A DNA stretch of 34,129 nt from Planctomycetota bacterium (GTDB lineage: Bacteria > Planctomycetota > Planctomycetia > Pirellulales > UBA1268), in the NCBI GenBank assembly GCA_003669255.1, contig QWPO01000096.1:1-34129 (forward strand), in the 5' to 3' direction. Below are positions 9,862 to 19,912 of the stretch, one piece after another. A program made the position numbers and the translations under genes. A model generated the notes under the pieces. It saw only the letters and a list, made by a program, of their open reading frames with translations, ran no database searches and was not told where the DNA came from. How positions within the stretch are numbered: position 1 is the stretch's first letter; every line of letters starts with the position of its first letter.

Positions 9862-10289
9862 CACGGGATGGTCATCAGCGGGCGGGCGGGCGGGAGAAGG
9901 CCGACGGTGAACTCGTGCTCGGAGACATAGTCTCGGCCGCTGTCGAAAAAGAATCGGATGCGAACACACCAGCGAATCTTGACGACCACTCCCTCGTAGG
10001 AGAGCGGGCTGTGGGGCAGGCGGCAGGAGAACTGGCCCATGGGGGCGTTCGGCGGCAGGCGTTCGGGTGCGACAACCCGCTCGAAGAAGTGTACGCCGAG
10101 ATCCTCCTCTCCCTTGCCCTCGGTAAACCACAGCACGGAATGCTCAACGGCCCGCGGTGGCTCGTCGTCGAGACCCTCGACCTCGTACCGCACCTCGACC
10201 GGGTCGAGGGGCTCGTAGTGGCGGTCGCCATGCGAGAATAGTGCGACCACGCGAGGTGTTGGCCGGAGGCCCTCTTGAGCAGTACTCAC
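9861..10289 (-). CDS. Small soluble beta-rich protein, paralogous to the C-terminal domain of the upstream membrane protein (arrestin/Spo0M-like pattern, tentative)
   Basis: The GTG at 10289 overlaps the upstream stop (GTGA), and GGGAGG lies 9 nt upstream. The motif LPHSPLSYEGVVVKIRWCVRIRF parallels IPHDAMHSFASQHNAVRWSIAVH in the neighbouring protein. Confidence 0.65.
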   Translation of the reverse strand: MSTAQEGLRPTPRVVALFSHGDRHYEPLDPVEVRYEVEGLDDEPPRAVEHSVLWFTEGKGEEDLGVHFFERVVAPERLPPNAPMGQFSCRLPHSPLSYEGVVVKIRWCVRIRFFFDSGRDYVSEHEFTVGLLPPARPLMTIP

Positions 10290-11626
10290 GGGAAAGCCTC
10301 CCGCCGCAGACCTCCGTGGTCGATCGTCGGCTCTGCCGGAAAGACCACGAGCGGGAACGTGCGGACAAACCCCGGCCAGCCCGCGGGCTGGCCATGCACG
10401 GCAATACTCCACCGGACCGCATTGTGCTGGGATGCGAACGAATGCATCGCATCGTGGGGAATCGTGAACGCCTCTCGGGCTTCGAACCGTGCGCCGGGCG
10501 TGAGCTGCAGGTCGACCCAGGTCCGAATGTCGCAGGCCCAGACGGTCATTCGTTCCGTGCGGGTGTCGGTGCCCTGCGTGAAGGTGGCCTGCTCTTCGAG
10601 GGTCAGCGCGAGCCGCAGCGAATCGAGCGTCCCGGAACCACCCTGAGCCAGCAGCACCTCGTACCTGCCGCCTGGGCGGAGCGGCTGGGCGGAGATCTCG
10701 AGCTGCGTCGGTCCCACGGCCGTGGTGAGCAGGCCTCGCCTGATGAATAGCACCAGGCTGGCGATGCCAACGGCAGCGAACGGAACAAGCAGTGTGAGCA
10801 GGAGCCAGTCGATCTTCCCGCGGACGAGGTCCACGACGGCCCCGACGCCGAGCACCGCCAGCACCGAGTTCCAGAGGAAGGCAAACAGACCGAAGCCGAG
10901 TAGCGTCCAGTTCTCGGGGCTCTCGATTGGGAGACGGTAGGGGAGAACAGTGCCCGGCGAGTTCACGAGGTCATCGCAGGCCGGAACGCCCGGATGCTCA
11001 GCCGCCTGCCGCGGGCCGGCGGCGAGCGGGTCGAGGAGATCGGAGAATCGTGAGGGGACTGCGCACCGCTCCTCCGACCGTCCCCACCGCCGGATCGCAC
11101 GGGCCAGACCCATTCCGCCAAACGAGATCAGCGCGCCGGGCAACAGCAGCGTGAGCAGCCACATCCACCAGTTGTAGCCCCGCTCCAGGACGACCGTGGC
11201 GGGAGCCGTAGGGTCGTACCATCCCGGGACGGTGTCGCCGAGCTTCCAGGCCGACAGCGCGGCGACCGCCTTTGCTCGGTCGCTCGCCGTGGTGCTGCGC
11301 GAGGGAGTGCTCCACGACTCTGTAGGGCTGCCGGCCACGTCGTAGCGGACGCGGAGGCACGGCTGCCACGTGAAGGAACTGCTACGGTCGGCAGCGACGA
11401 CGGTGCGTCGCACGAGTCCCTTGCCCAGGACCGTACAGTCGGTTGCCAGGAAGTGCTGGTTGATCCGCCACTCCGGAACCGCCACACCGGAGAGGAGTAG
11501 GCCTGAAAAGACGATCCCTGCGGCAAGCAAGGCCGCATGGAATGCGGCATCGCCGAGCGAGGCCCAGGCCTGAGAGCCGGTCCGGCGATGGCCGCGCTTC
11601 TTGCCGAAAAACCGCGGAAATCTCAC
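10286..11626 (-). CDS. Four-TM membrane protein: DUF3592-like ectodomain plus C-terminal cytoplasmic beta-rich domain
   Basis: The GTG start at 11626 has GGAGGCGAGGAG upstream. TM1 is ~27-49. A beta-rich segment ending KLGDTVPGWYDPTAPATVVLERG follows the DUF3592-like pattern. TM2 is ~152-173 and the TM3/TM4 pair ~241-295. A ~125-aa soluble C-terminal domain follows. Confidence 0.8.
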   Translation of the reverse strand: MRFPRFFGKKRGHRRTGSQAWASLGDAAFHAALLAAGIVFSGLLLSGVAVPEWRINQHFLATDCTVLGKGLVRRTVVAADRSSSFTWQPCLRVRYDVAGSPTESWSTPSRSTTASDRAKAVAALSAWKLGDTVPGWYDPTAPATVVLERGYNWWMWLLTLLLPGALISFGGMGLARAIRRWGRSEERCAVPSRFSDLLDPLAAGPRQAAEHPGVPACDDLVNSPGTVLPYRLPIESPENWTLLGFGLFAFLWNSVLAVLGVGAVVDLVRGKIDWLLLTLLVPFAAVGIASLVLFIRRGLLTTAVGPTQLEISAQPLRPGGRYEVLLAQGGSGTLDSLRLALTLEEQATFTQGTDTRTERMTVWACDIRTWVDLQLTPGARFEAREAFTIPHDAMHSFASQHNAVRWSIAVHGQPAGWPGFVRTFPLVVFPAEPTIDHGGLRREAFP

Positions 11627-11659
11627 TCGCGAACTCCTCGCCTCCTTGGCGGGAGCCGG

Positions 11660-11962
11660 TCAGATGCAGCGGGCCGCCGCCTCCGGCTGCCGTACGCCCA
11701 GCTCGCCCGAGGATGACTGCACACGGAAGAAACCGATCTTCTCCAGAGATTTGTAGACCTCTTCGAGCGTCTTCTCGCCGAAGTTCGAGATCGACAGCAG
11801 ATCAGCCCGCGTGCAGTTAAGGAGGTCGTGGACGGTAAAGATGCCCTTCTCCTCGAGGCAGTTCGTCGTGCGGACGGAGAGGCCGATCTCGGCCGTGCTC
11901 ATTTCGAGCTTCTCCGCCATTTCGTCGGACTGCATCATGTTTTTGTATGGCACTCGCGGCAT
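11660..11962 (-). CDS. Stand-alone RNA polymerase alpha-subunit C-terminal-domain (alpha-CTD) protein
   Basis: The ATG at 11962 has GGGAGGGA upstream. LEMSTAEIGLSVRTTNCLEEKGIFTVHDLLNCTRADLLSISNFGEKTLEEVYKSLEKIG matches the alpha-CTD HhH signature. The product is only 100 aa and has no alpha-NTD. Confidence 0.85.
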   Translation of the reverse strand: MPRVPYKNMMQSDEMAEKLEMSTAEIGLSVRTTNCLEEKGIFTVHDLLNCTRADLLSISNFGEKTLEEVYKSLEKIGFFRVQSSSGELGVRQPEAAARCI

Positions 11963-12110
11963 GGGGTCCCTCCCGTGCGAATCGACGTAGTGGTTTGGCC
12001 GCCCGGGCGTGAGGCCCAGCGAGCAGGCAATGAATATACTCCAATTGGCTGAGAATCGACTACATCGCCTCAGCAGGACCACCCGCGTGGGCCTCGCCTC
12101 GTGCTGAATT

Positions 12111-14516
12111 GTGCCGTTCCAGACCGTGACAGCATCATCTTTCGCCTCCCTGAACGAGTCTCAGCGCCGTGCTGCGAGCCACGTCGAGGGCCCGCTCTTG
12201 GTGCTAGCAGGCCCTGGCAGCGGCAAGACCCGCGTGGTCACTCACCGGATTGCGCACCTGATCGCAGAGGGGGTGCCGCCCGAGCGGATCGTGGCCCTGA
12301 CCTTCACCAACAAGGCAGCCGACGAAATGCGGCACCGCGTGGCCAACCTCGTGGGGCCGCAGCCGGTGGAGATGGGCACCTTCCACCGATTCGCGGCCCG
12401 GCTGATCCGTCGCCACGCTCGGCTCGTCGGGCTGACGAGCGACTACTCCATCCTCGACCCCGATGATGCGGCCGCCACGCTGAAGCGGGCCGTGAAATCG
12501 ATTGGCCTTGCCGCCACGCACACGCCGGTCGACCGGATTGCCGGGATCATCTCCCGGGCGAAAAACGACCTGCTCACGCCGGCCACCTTCGAGCCCGGCT
12601 GGGGAAAACCCGCCGAGGATCTGGCGCTGCGGGTCTGGCCGATCTACCAGCAGATGCTCGTGCGGGCCAACGCGGTCGATTTCGATGACCTGCTCGTGCA
12701 CGTGGCCACGGTTCTCGCGGAGAACCCCGACCTCCGCCGCGAACTCGATGCCCGGCACCGCTTCATCCTCGTAGACGAATACCAGGACACCAACGCCGTT
12801 CAGTATGCGATCCTCCGTGGCCTGTCGATCGAACACCCGCATCTCGCCGTGACCGGCGATCCCGATCAGGCGATCTATGGATGGCGGGGCGCGAGCATTC
12901 GCAACATCCTCGAGTTCGAGCGGGACTATCCCACCGCGCAGGTCGTGAAACTGGAGGACAACTACCGGAGCACGGCGAATATTCTGGGGACGGCCGACCG
13001 CCTGATCGCCCACAACTCCAGGCGGAAGCACAAACGACTCGTCACCACTGCAGGGCCTGGCGCGCCGGTGCGGATCGTGCTCGATGGCTCGGGACTCGAG
13101 GAGGCCGAGCGTATCGCTTCCGAGATCGCCACGTCGGTGCTCGCTGGCCGCCGGGCGCCGCGGGACTTCGCGATTCTCTTCCGCGCCAACGCGCTCTCCC
13201 GCTCCTTCGAACTCGCCCTGCGGACCAGGGGCGTGTCCTACCAACTCGTTCGCGGCCTCGAGTTCTTCAAGCGACGCGAGATTCGCGACGTTGTCGCGTG
13301 GCTACGATTGCTCCGCAACCCGCGGGACGACGAGGCTCTGCTCCGCGTGGTCAACGTGCCGCCCCGGGGGATCGGCCGCCAGTCACTCGACCGGCTCGCA
13401 GCCTGGGCCGAGGATCACGGGGCTACCCGGCTCGACGCCGTGGCGAACGCCGCCGCGATTCCCGGCATGCCCAAACGGGCGGCGATCGCGTGTGCCGGTT
13501 TTGCGAGGCTCGTGGCCGAACTGACGGCCGTGGCCGGAAAGGAATCGTCGGTTGCCGCGATTCTTGAGGCGGTGCTTGAGCGGACGGGCTACCGCGCGAT
13601 GCTCGCGGAGGAGCAGGACGAGGACGAAGAGGGACAGGACCGACTCTCCAACGTCGAAGAACTCGTGACCGCGGCCCGGCAGTTCGACGATGGTTTCACG
13701 GCTCCCGTAGACGACCCGTCTGCCGTCGATCCGCTCGGCGGATTTCTTGAGACGACAGCACTCGTCGCCGATGCCGATGCGTGGGACGCCTCGGCCGACC
13801 GGGTGGCGTTGATGACGCTCCATGCGGCTAAGGGCTTGGAGTTTCCGGTTGTTTACATCGTCGCCATGGAGGACGGCATCCTTCCGCACGAGCGGAGCCT
13901 CGACCGTCCGGAGCACCTCGAGGAGGAGCGGCGGCTGGTGTTTGTGGGGATCACTCGGGGCCGCGAGGAGGTCCACGCGAGTTGCGCCCGCATGCGAGAC
14001 TACCGGGGCACGCGACGGATCTCGGCGCCGAGTCTGTTCCTCGCCGAGATGCAGGGTTCTGAAACGGTGGTGGTGGGCACCGAGGCGCCGAGGGATACCG
14101 ACTTCGATCCCTTCGGCGATGCTGCGGCGCGGCAGAGCGAGGATTTCGACGACTTCGCGCAGGATGAACCGCGGCCCCGATCCTCATCACTGGTACGCCG
14201 TGATGGACTCACGGTCGATCTCGAAGACTCGCAGGATGACTCGCCGCCGCCCCCACCGCCGCCACGAAGGCGGCGGGGCGTTGACGCGGCGATCGAGCGG
14301 GCCACCGATCTGGCGATGCGGATGGCCGGTGAAGGAAAGCCGCGGCGCGAGTATGCGAAGGGCCAGCGGGTGAGGCACGAAGAATACGGCGAGGGAGTGA
14401 TCGCCGGCATCAGTGGCAGCGGCCCACGCTCGATCGGCACGGTGATCTTCGACGGCCCGGCCGGCACGAGGAAGTTCATCCTCGGCCACGGTGCGCTCGA
14501 GCCCGTCGAGGAGTGA
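12111..14516 (+). CDS. ATP-dependent DNA helicase, UvrD/PcrA/Rep family
   Basis: The start is GTG at 12111. SF1 motifs are LNESQRRAA, LVLAGPGSGKT, ILVDEYQDTN, NYRS, TLHAAKGLEFPVV and VGITRG. The C-terminal Tudor-like tail is GQRVRHEEYGEGVI. Confidence 0.95.
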   Translation: MPFQTVTASSFASLNESQRRAASHVEGPLLVLAGPGSGKTRVVTHRIAHLIAEGVPPERIVALTFTNKAADEMRHRVANLVGPQPVEMGTFHRFAARLIRRHARLVGLTSDYSILDPDDAAATLKRAVKSIGLAATHTPVDRIAGIISRAKNDLLTPATFEPGWGKPAEDLALRVWPIYQQMLVRANAVDFDDLLVHVATVLAENPDLRRELDARHRFILVDEYQDTNAVQYAILRGLSIEHPHLAVTGDPDQAIYGWRGASIRNILEFERDYPTAQVVKLEDNYRSTANILGTADRLIAHNSRRKHKRLVTTAGPGAPVRIVLDGSGLEEAERIASEIATSVLAGRRAPRDFAILFRANALSRSFELALRTRGVSYQLVRGLEFFKRREIRDVVAWLRLLRNPRDDEALLRVVNVPPRGIGRQSLDRLAAWAEDHGATRLDAVANAAAIPGMPKRAAIACAGFARLVAELTAVAGKESSVAAILEAVLERTGYRAMLAEEQDEDEEGQDRLSNVEELVTAARQFDDGFTAPVDDPSAVDPLGGFLETTALVADADAWDASADRVALMTLHAAKGLEFPVVYIVAMEDGILPHERSLDRPEHLEEERRLVFVGITRGREEVHASCARMRDYRGTRRISAPSLFLAEMQGSETVVVGTEAPRDTDFDPFGDAAARQSEDFDDFAQDEPRPRSSSLVRRDGLTVDLEDSQDDSPPPPPPPRRRRGVDAAIERATDLAMRMAGEGKPRREYAKGQRVRHEEYGEGVIAGISGSGPRSIGTVIFDGPAGTRKFILGHGALEPVEE

Positions 14517-14553
14517 TCCGTATCGTGGCTCGACGGAGCACGGCGGCTTCGGG

Positions 14554-15501
14554 TCAGGACCGGCCGTGGGCTCGCCACCACTCGACGGTGGTCTTCAGGC
14601 CGGCGTCGAAGTCCTGCTTGGGCGTCCATCCGAGCAGCGATTTCGCGCGGGAGATGTCGAGGCCGCGGCGGGGCTGACCGTCGGGCTTCGTGGTGTCCCA
14701 CACGACTCGACCGCGGTAATCGCAGGCCGCGGCGATCTTCGTGACGAGGTCACGGATCGCGATCTCGATGCCGCCACCGAGGTTGATCGGTACGGGTTCG
14801 TCCATCACCTCGGCGGCGCGGACGATCCCCTCAGCGGCGTCATCCACGTAGAGGAACTCCCGGGTGGCCGATCCGGTACCCCAGCAGACCACTTCCGGGG
14901 CATCGGCCAACCGGGCCTCCTCGCACTTGCGGATCAGGGCCGGGATCACGTGGCTTGACGCCGGATCGAAGTTGTCGGCCGGACCGTAGAGGTTCACCGG
15001 TACGACGACGGTGCTGGCCAGGCCGTACTCGCGGCGGTAGCCGTCGAGCATCACGAAGATGGCCTTCTTGGCGACGCCGTAGGGGGCATTCGTCTCCTCC
15101 GGGTAGCCGTTCCAGATGTCGTCTTCCTGGAACGGGACGGGGCAGTACTTGGGGTACGCGCACACGGTACCCGTGTGAACGAACTTCTTCAGGCCGACGC
15201 GGCGGGCGTGCTCCACGAGGTGCATGCCCATCGCCATGTTGGCGTAGAAGAACCTTCCGGGGTGGGCCATGTTGGCTCCGATGCCCCCCACCTCCGCCGC
15301 GAGGTGGATCACCACGTCAGGCTGAGCCATGTCGTACAGTCGGGCGACGTCACCCTCGACCGTGAGGTCGAAGTCGCGGCGCCGGGGCACGACGATGTTG
15401 GCGTCGGGCACGCCCCGCTCGCGGAGCACGTGAGTCACGGCCTTTCCCAGAAAGCCTGCTCCACCGGTGACGACGATCCGCTGGCTCGCGAGTTTCATCA
15501 T
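14554..15501 (-). CDS. fcl: GDP-L-fucose synthase (GDP-4-keto-6-deoxy-D-mannose 3,5-epimerase/4-reductase)
   Basis: The SDR Rossmann motif is VVTGGAGFLGKA. NAPYGVAKK (YxxxK) and VVPVNLYGPADNF are present. The gene lies directly downstream of gmd. Confidence 0.9.
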   Translation of the reverse strand: MMKLASQRIVVTGGAGFLGKAVTHVLRERGVPDANIVVPRRRDFDLTVEGDVARLYDMAQPDVVIHLAAEVGGIGANMAHPGRFFYANMAMGMHLVEHARRVGLKKFVHTGTVCAYPKYCPVPFQEDDIWNGYPEETNAPYGVAKKAIFVMLDGYRREYGLASTVVVPVNLYGPADNFDPASSHVIPALIRKCEEARLADAPEVVCWGTGSATREFLYVDDAAEGIVRAAEVMDEPVPINLGGGIEIAIRDLVTKIAAACDYRGRVVWDTTKPDGQPRRGLDISRAKSLLGWTPKQDFDAGLKTTVEWWRAHGRS

Positions 15502-15528
15502 GGGGCGTGGTCCTGCCGGTGCCTTCCG

Positions 15529-16581
<1,053 letters not shown>

Positions 16582-16701
16582 GTGATTCTCACTTCCAGGT
16601 GATGTCCGCCCTGTCCAGCGCGGGCCGCGAACAGGAGAGATTATCCGCGACGGCGGAACACCCCAAGGGTTACCGTGATAAACCGCCCGGGGGCGACAGT
16701 C

Positions 16702-17493
16702 TCAGCCCCCAGCGGCAGACTCAGGTGCACCGGCGGCGGGCGTTTCCGGCTGGTTGCCCTCGGCCGGTGGGCTCGTGGCTGCAGGTTCGTCGCCAGAGCC
16801 CCGAATCGCCGTGTCCAGCATGGGCAATAGCTGAGAGATGAAATCCTCGCACTCCACCATCGCCTGGGAACTGGTCAGTCGCGTTTCATCAACGATGGCG
16901 TAGAGCTTGTAGACGGCGGGTTCATGAACGAGTGCGATGCGGGCAATCTGCGGCGCGACCCAACTGCGGCTGGCCGTCACGTCCTCCTTGTCGATCTCGG
17001 CCTCGTCGCGGATGCCATACGTCCAGAAGATGCGGAGCGTCTGGCCGGTCTTGCGGAACGTGCCGGTGAAGGTCTCCGCCTCGCGGCCGTCGGCGAGCTG
17101 CATCTTTTGGCGATGCTCGGCCTCACCGATCTCGAACCCGGCGCCGGGATAGCAGCGGTCGGGAGTGTGGCCAGAGGCGTCGTGGGGACGGGCGCAGACG
17201 ACGAAGGCCGAGACTCGTGCCTTTGTTCGCGTGTTGCGGTAGAGCCGCGAGATGTAGCCCACCGCACCGGCGCGCTCGAGTTCCTTCGGATCAGCCTCGA
17301 GTTCCCGCTCGACTTCCCAGCCACCGAAGGACTTGGGGAACCGCTCCTCGAGGAGTGTGGCGGCCTCCTGGAGATCCTTGGAGACGCTCTTGTCTTTCCA
17401 GCGTTCCGTCAGAAAACCCTGGGCGACCGTGACGCCGAGCACCAGCGCCACCGTGCCGGCCAGCGTGAGCATTCCCGAAGCCGGAGACTTCAT
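16702..17493 (-). CDS. Exosortase-associated EpsI-family protein (DUF3485-like)
   Basis: It has an N-terminal anchor, the motif GHTPDRCYPGAGF typical of EpsI, a P/A/E-rich tail, and sits in the exosortase operon. Confidence 0.7.
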   Translation of the reverse strand: MKSPASGMLTLAGTVALVLGVTVAQGFLTERWKDKSVSKDLQEAATLLEERFPKSFGGWEVERELEADPKELERAGAVGYISRLYRNTRTKARVSAFVVCARPHDASGHTPDRCYPGAGFEIGEAEHRQKMQLADGREAETFTGTFRKTGQTLRIFWTYGIRDEAEIDKEDVTASRSWVAPQIARIALVHEPAVYKLYAIVDETRLTSSQAMVECEDFISQLLPMLDTAIRGSGDEPAATSPPAEGNQPETPAAGAPESAAGG

Positions 17494-17574
17494 GGCGATT
17501 CAGGTTCCTATGGCAAGCGATTCGGAGCCCCTAGGCGGGGCAAACGAGGCGAGGCAAACGGGTCAAGGCAACAA

Positions 17575-19827
17575 TCAGACCGGAGCGGGCGAAGCGTAGA
17601 GCCGCCGAGGCGCGGAGTCGGACACGCCATTGACCACCGTGCCCAGAACACGAATGCCGACCGAGCGGAGCCGATCGACGGCGCTGTTGACCTGCGGAAC
17701 GCGGCTCACGTCGCGCATCGTCGCCACGATGGCAAGATCGCTCAGTTGGCCAAGGAGGAGCACGTCGGCAAACGCGAGCACCGGACCGGCATCGATCACA
17801 ATGGTATCGAACGACTCGCGAAAGCCCTTGATGATGGCTGCCGACTCAGGGCGGGAGAGCGCGGTGATGGCGGCGTAGTCGCACGCGCCGCCGGTGACCG
17901 CGAACAGGCCGTCGATCGCGGTGGGCTGTACCACTTCATCGGCCGAAATCTCACCACGAAGCAACTCCGGAAGGCCCGCCCGCAGATCGAGGCCAAGGGC
18001 GAGGTGGACGTTCGGGTGACGCAGATCGCCGTCGAGTAGCAGCGTCCGCTTCCCGGAGCGTGCGAGGCTCGCGGCGAGTTGGGCCGCGAACGTGGTCTTG
18101 CCTTCGTGCTCGACGGCACTGGTGACGAGAATCGCCTTCGGAGACTCGCGGCCGGTCTGGCTGACCACGGCGCGGATGCCGTCGACACACTCGGCCACGT
18201 GTCCATCGTTCGGACGCCGGCGCGAACGCGAAATCCGCGGCAAGGTGCCGATCACCCGCAGGCCGACCCGCTGGGAGACTTCCTCGGGGACGCTGAGCCG
18301 GTCCCGGAGATATTCAAAGAGCACAACAGTGCCGCCGCCGAGAACAAGGCCTGCGAGCGCCGCGAGGCCTGAGAGCATCGTGCGGAACAGATCATCACTT
18401 CCCTCTGGCACGCTCGCTTCCTCGATCAACTCCACGCGATTCGGCATGTTGACGTCGATCTCGGTCGCATTGAGCTGCACGCCCATCTGGTCGGTGACCT
18501 TCATGAGCTGCTCAATCTCCTGCTTGCGGGACATCAGGTCCGCATTGGCGGCTCCCAGAGCCTTCACCTCGGTGGCGACGCGATCAAAATCCTTCGTCGT
18601 CTGCTCGAGCTGCTGGGAGAGGATTTCCCGCCGCATCCGCAGGACGATGGGGCTCTCGGCCGCGGCACCGGTGCGGCGGGTGGACGAATCCATGGCGAGC
18701 TGAGCGACGATCTGCGGCCGGAGATCTTCCTTGCGATCCTCGAGTCGCTTGACCATCGCGTCTCGCATCGCCTCGAGCCGCTTGACGGCTGGATCGTTGC
18801 CGCCGCGGGCGCTCCGCCCGGTCTGATACGACATCGACTCCTCGATGGCAGACAGCCGCTCGCGGAGTTCGGCGAACTCAGGGTCGCGGAGAAGCAACGC
18901 GTCGACGGTCTCTTCCGGAACTGACTGCTCCAGCGAAATCTCACCGCGGTCCTTGGCATCCATGATCGCCAGTTCCGCGTCGATGAGCGTCAGGTCGCGC
19001 TGCGTTTGATTGAGCTGTGCTCGCAGGGTGCCGAGGTGATCGAGCAGGAGGCTTCGCTGCGTGGCTACTTCCGCACTGTCGATGGTGCCGAGCGACTTGG
19101 CGAGATTGTTATAGGTGTCGAGGCTGGCCCGCACCTCCGCCATGTTTTCCTTGTACTTCCGCTCGAGGGTGTCGCGCCGCTGGAGCCGCTCCGACTTCTC
19201 CTTGTTGACGACGTCGGTGAGGTAGGCGTTGGTCACCGCGTTGACGATTTGCGTCACCTCTTTGGCATTCTCGCCGCGCATCCGCACCTGAACGACTTCC
19301 GACTCCATCGGAGCCGAAACCTGCACGTTGCGCACCAGGTAGCCGACCGGATCCTCCTCTTCAGTCAGCGTTGCGAGTGCCGAAATACCCGGGCGACGGA
19401 TGGCGGAGGTGAGCACAAAAGGGCTCTTGATCAGCTGCACCTGCGTCTTTCGGTAGGCCTCGTATTCCGCATTGTCGCGGCCGCCACCAACGCCGTACAT
19501 GCCCGACTTGTCACGAACGCGAAGCCATGCCACGGCCTCGTATCCGCGGGGCAGGAACAAAAAGGTGAGCAGGCCGGCGAGCGTGCCGAGCGTGAGCGCC
19601 AGGGCGGTTGCCGGCAACCAGCGGCGGCGGAACGCATGCCACACCCGCCGATAATCAATGCCGCCCGAGAGCGGATCGGCGACTCCACCATACGGCCCCG
19701 CGGACGACGGAGGCCCAAGGGGCGAGAGCACCGTATCGCGGATCGGCGCGAGCATACCCGCACCCGCACCTACGGTGGCAGTTGCCGCGGAAGATGATCC
19801 GTCCATGGGTGTACCGGACTCGCTCAT
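17575..19827 (-). CDS. Polysaccharide co-polymerase (Wzz/GumC-like) fused to BY-type tyrosine autokinase domain
   Basis: Two TM segments flank a long coiled-coil periplasmic region. The C-terminal P-loop domain has Walker A VEHEGKTT, Walker A' LLLDGDLRHP and Walker B TIVIDAGPV. Confidence 0.88.
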   Translation of the reverse strand: MSESGTPMDGSSSAATATVGAGAGMLAPIRDTVLSPLGPPSSAGPYGGVADPLSGGIDYRRVWHAFRRRWLPATALALTLGTLAGLLTFLFLPRGYEAVAWLRVRDKSGMYGVGGGRDNAEYEAYRKTQVQLIKSPFVLTSAIRRPGISALATLTEEEDPVGYLVRNVQVSAPMESEVVQVRMRGENAKEVTQIVNAVTNAYLTDVVNKEKSERLQRRDTLERKYKENMAEVRASLDTYNNLAKSLGTIDSAEVATQRSLLLDHLGTLRAQLNQTQRDLTLIDAELAIMDAKDRGEISLEQSVPEETVDALLLRDPEFAELRERLSAIEESMSYQTGRSARGGNDPAVKRLEAMRDAMVKRLEDRKEDLRPQIVAQLAMDSSTRRTGAAAESPIVLRMRREILSQQLEQTTKDFDRVATEVKALGAANADLMSRKQEIEQLMKVTDQMGVQLNATEIDVNMPNRVELIEEASVPEGSDDLFRTMLSGLAALAGLVLGGGTVVLFEYLRDRLSVPEEVSQRVGLRVIGTLPRISRSRRRPNDGHVAECVDGIRAVVSQTGRESPKAILVTSAVEHEGKTTFAAQLAASLARSGKRTLLLDGDLRHPNVHLALGLDLRAGLPELLRGEISADEVVQPTAIDGLFAVTGGACDYAAITALSRPESAAIIKGFRESFDTIVIDAGPVLAFADVLLLGQLSDLAIVATMRDVSRVPQVNSAVDRLRSVGIRVLGTVVNGVSDSAPRRLYASPAPV

Positions 19828-19912
19828 AAGGTTTGGCTACTCACTGCTGATACACGGCCCGTTGACCGAATCCCCAAGGGGTTGCTTCGGCCCAACTGAA
19901 CATTCCTTAAGA

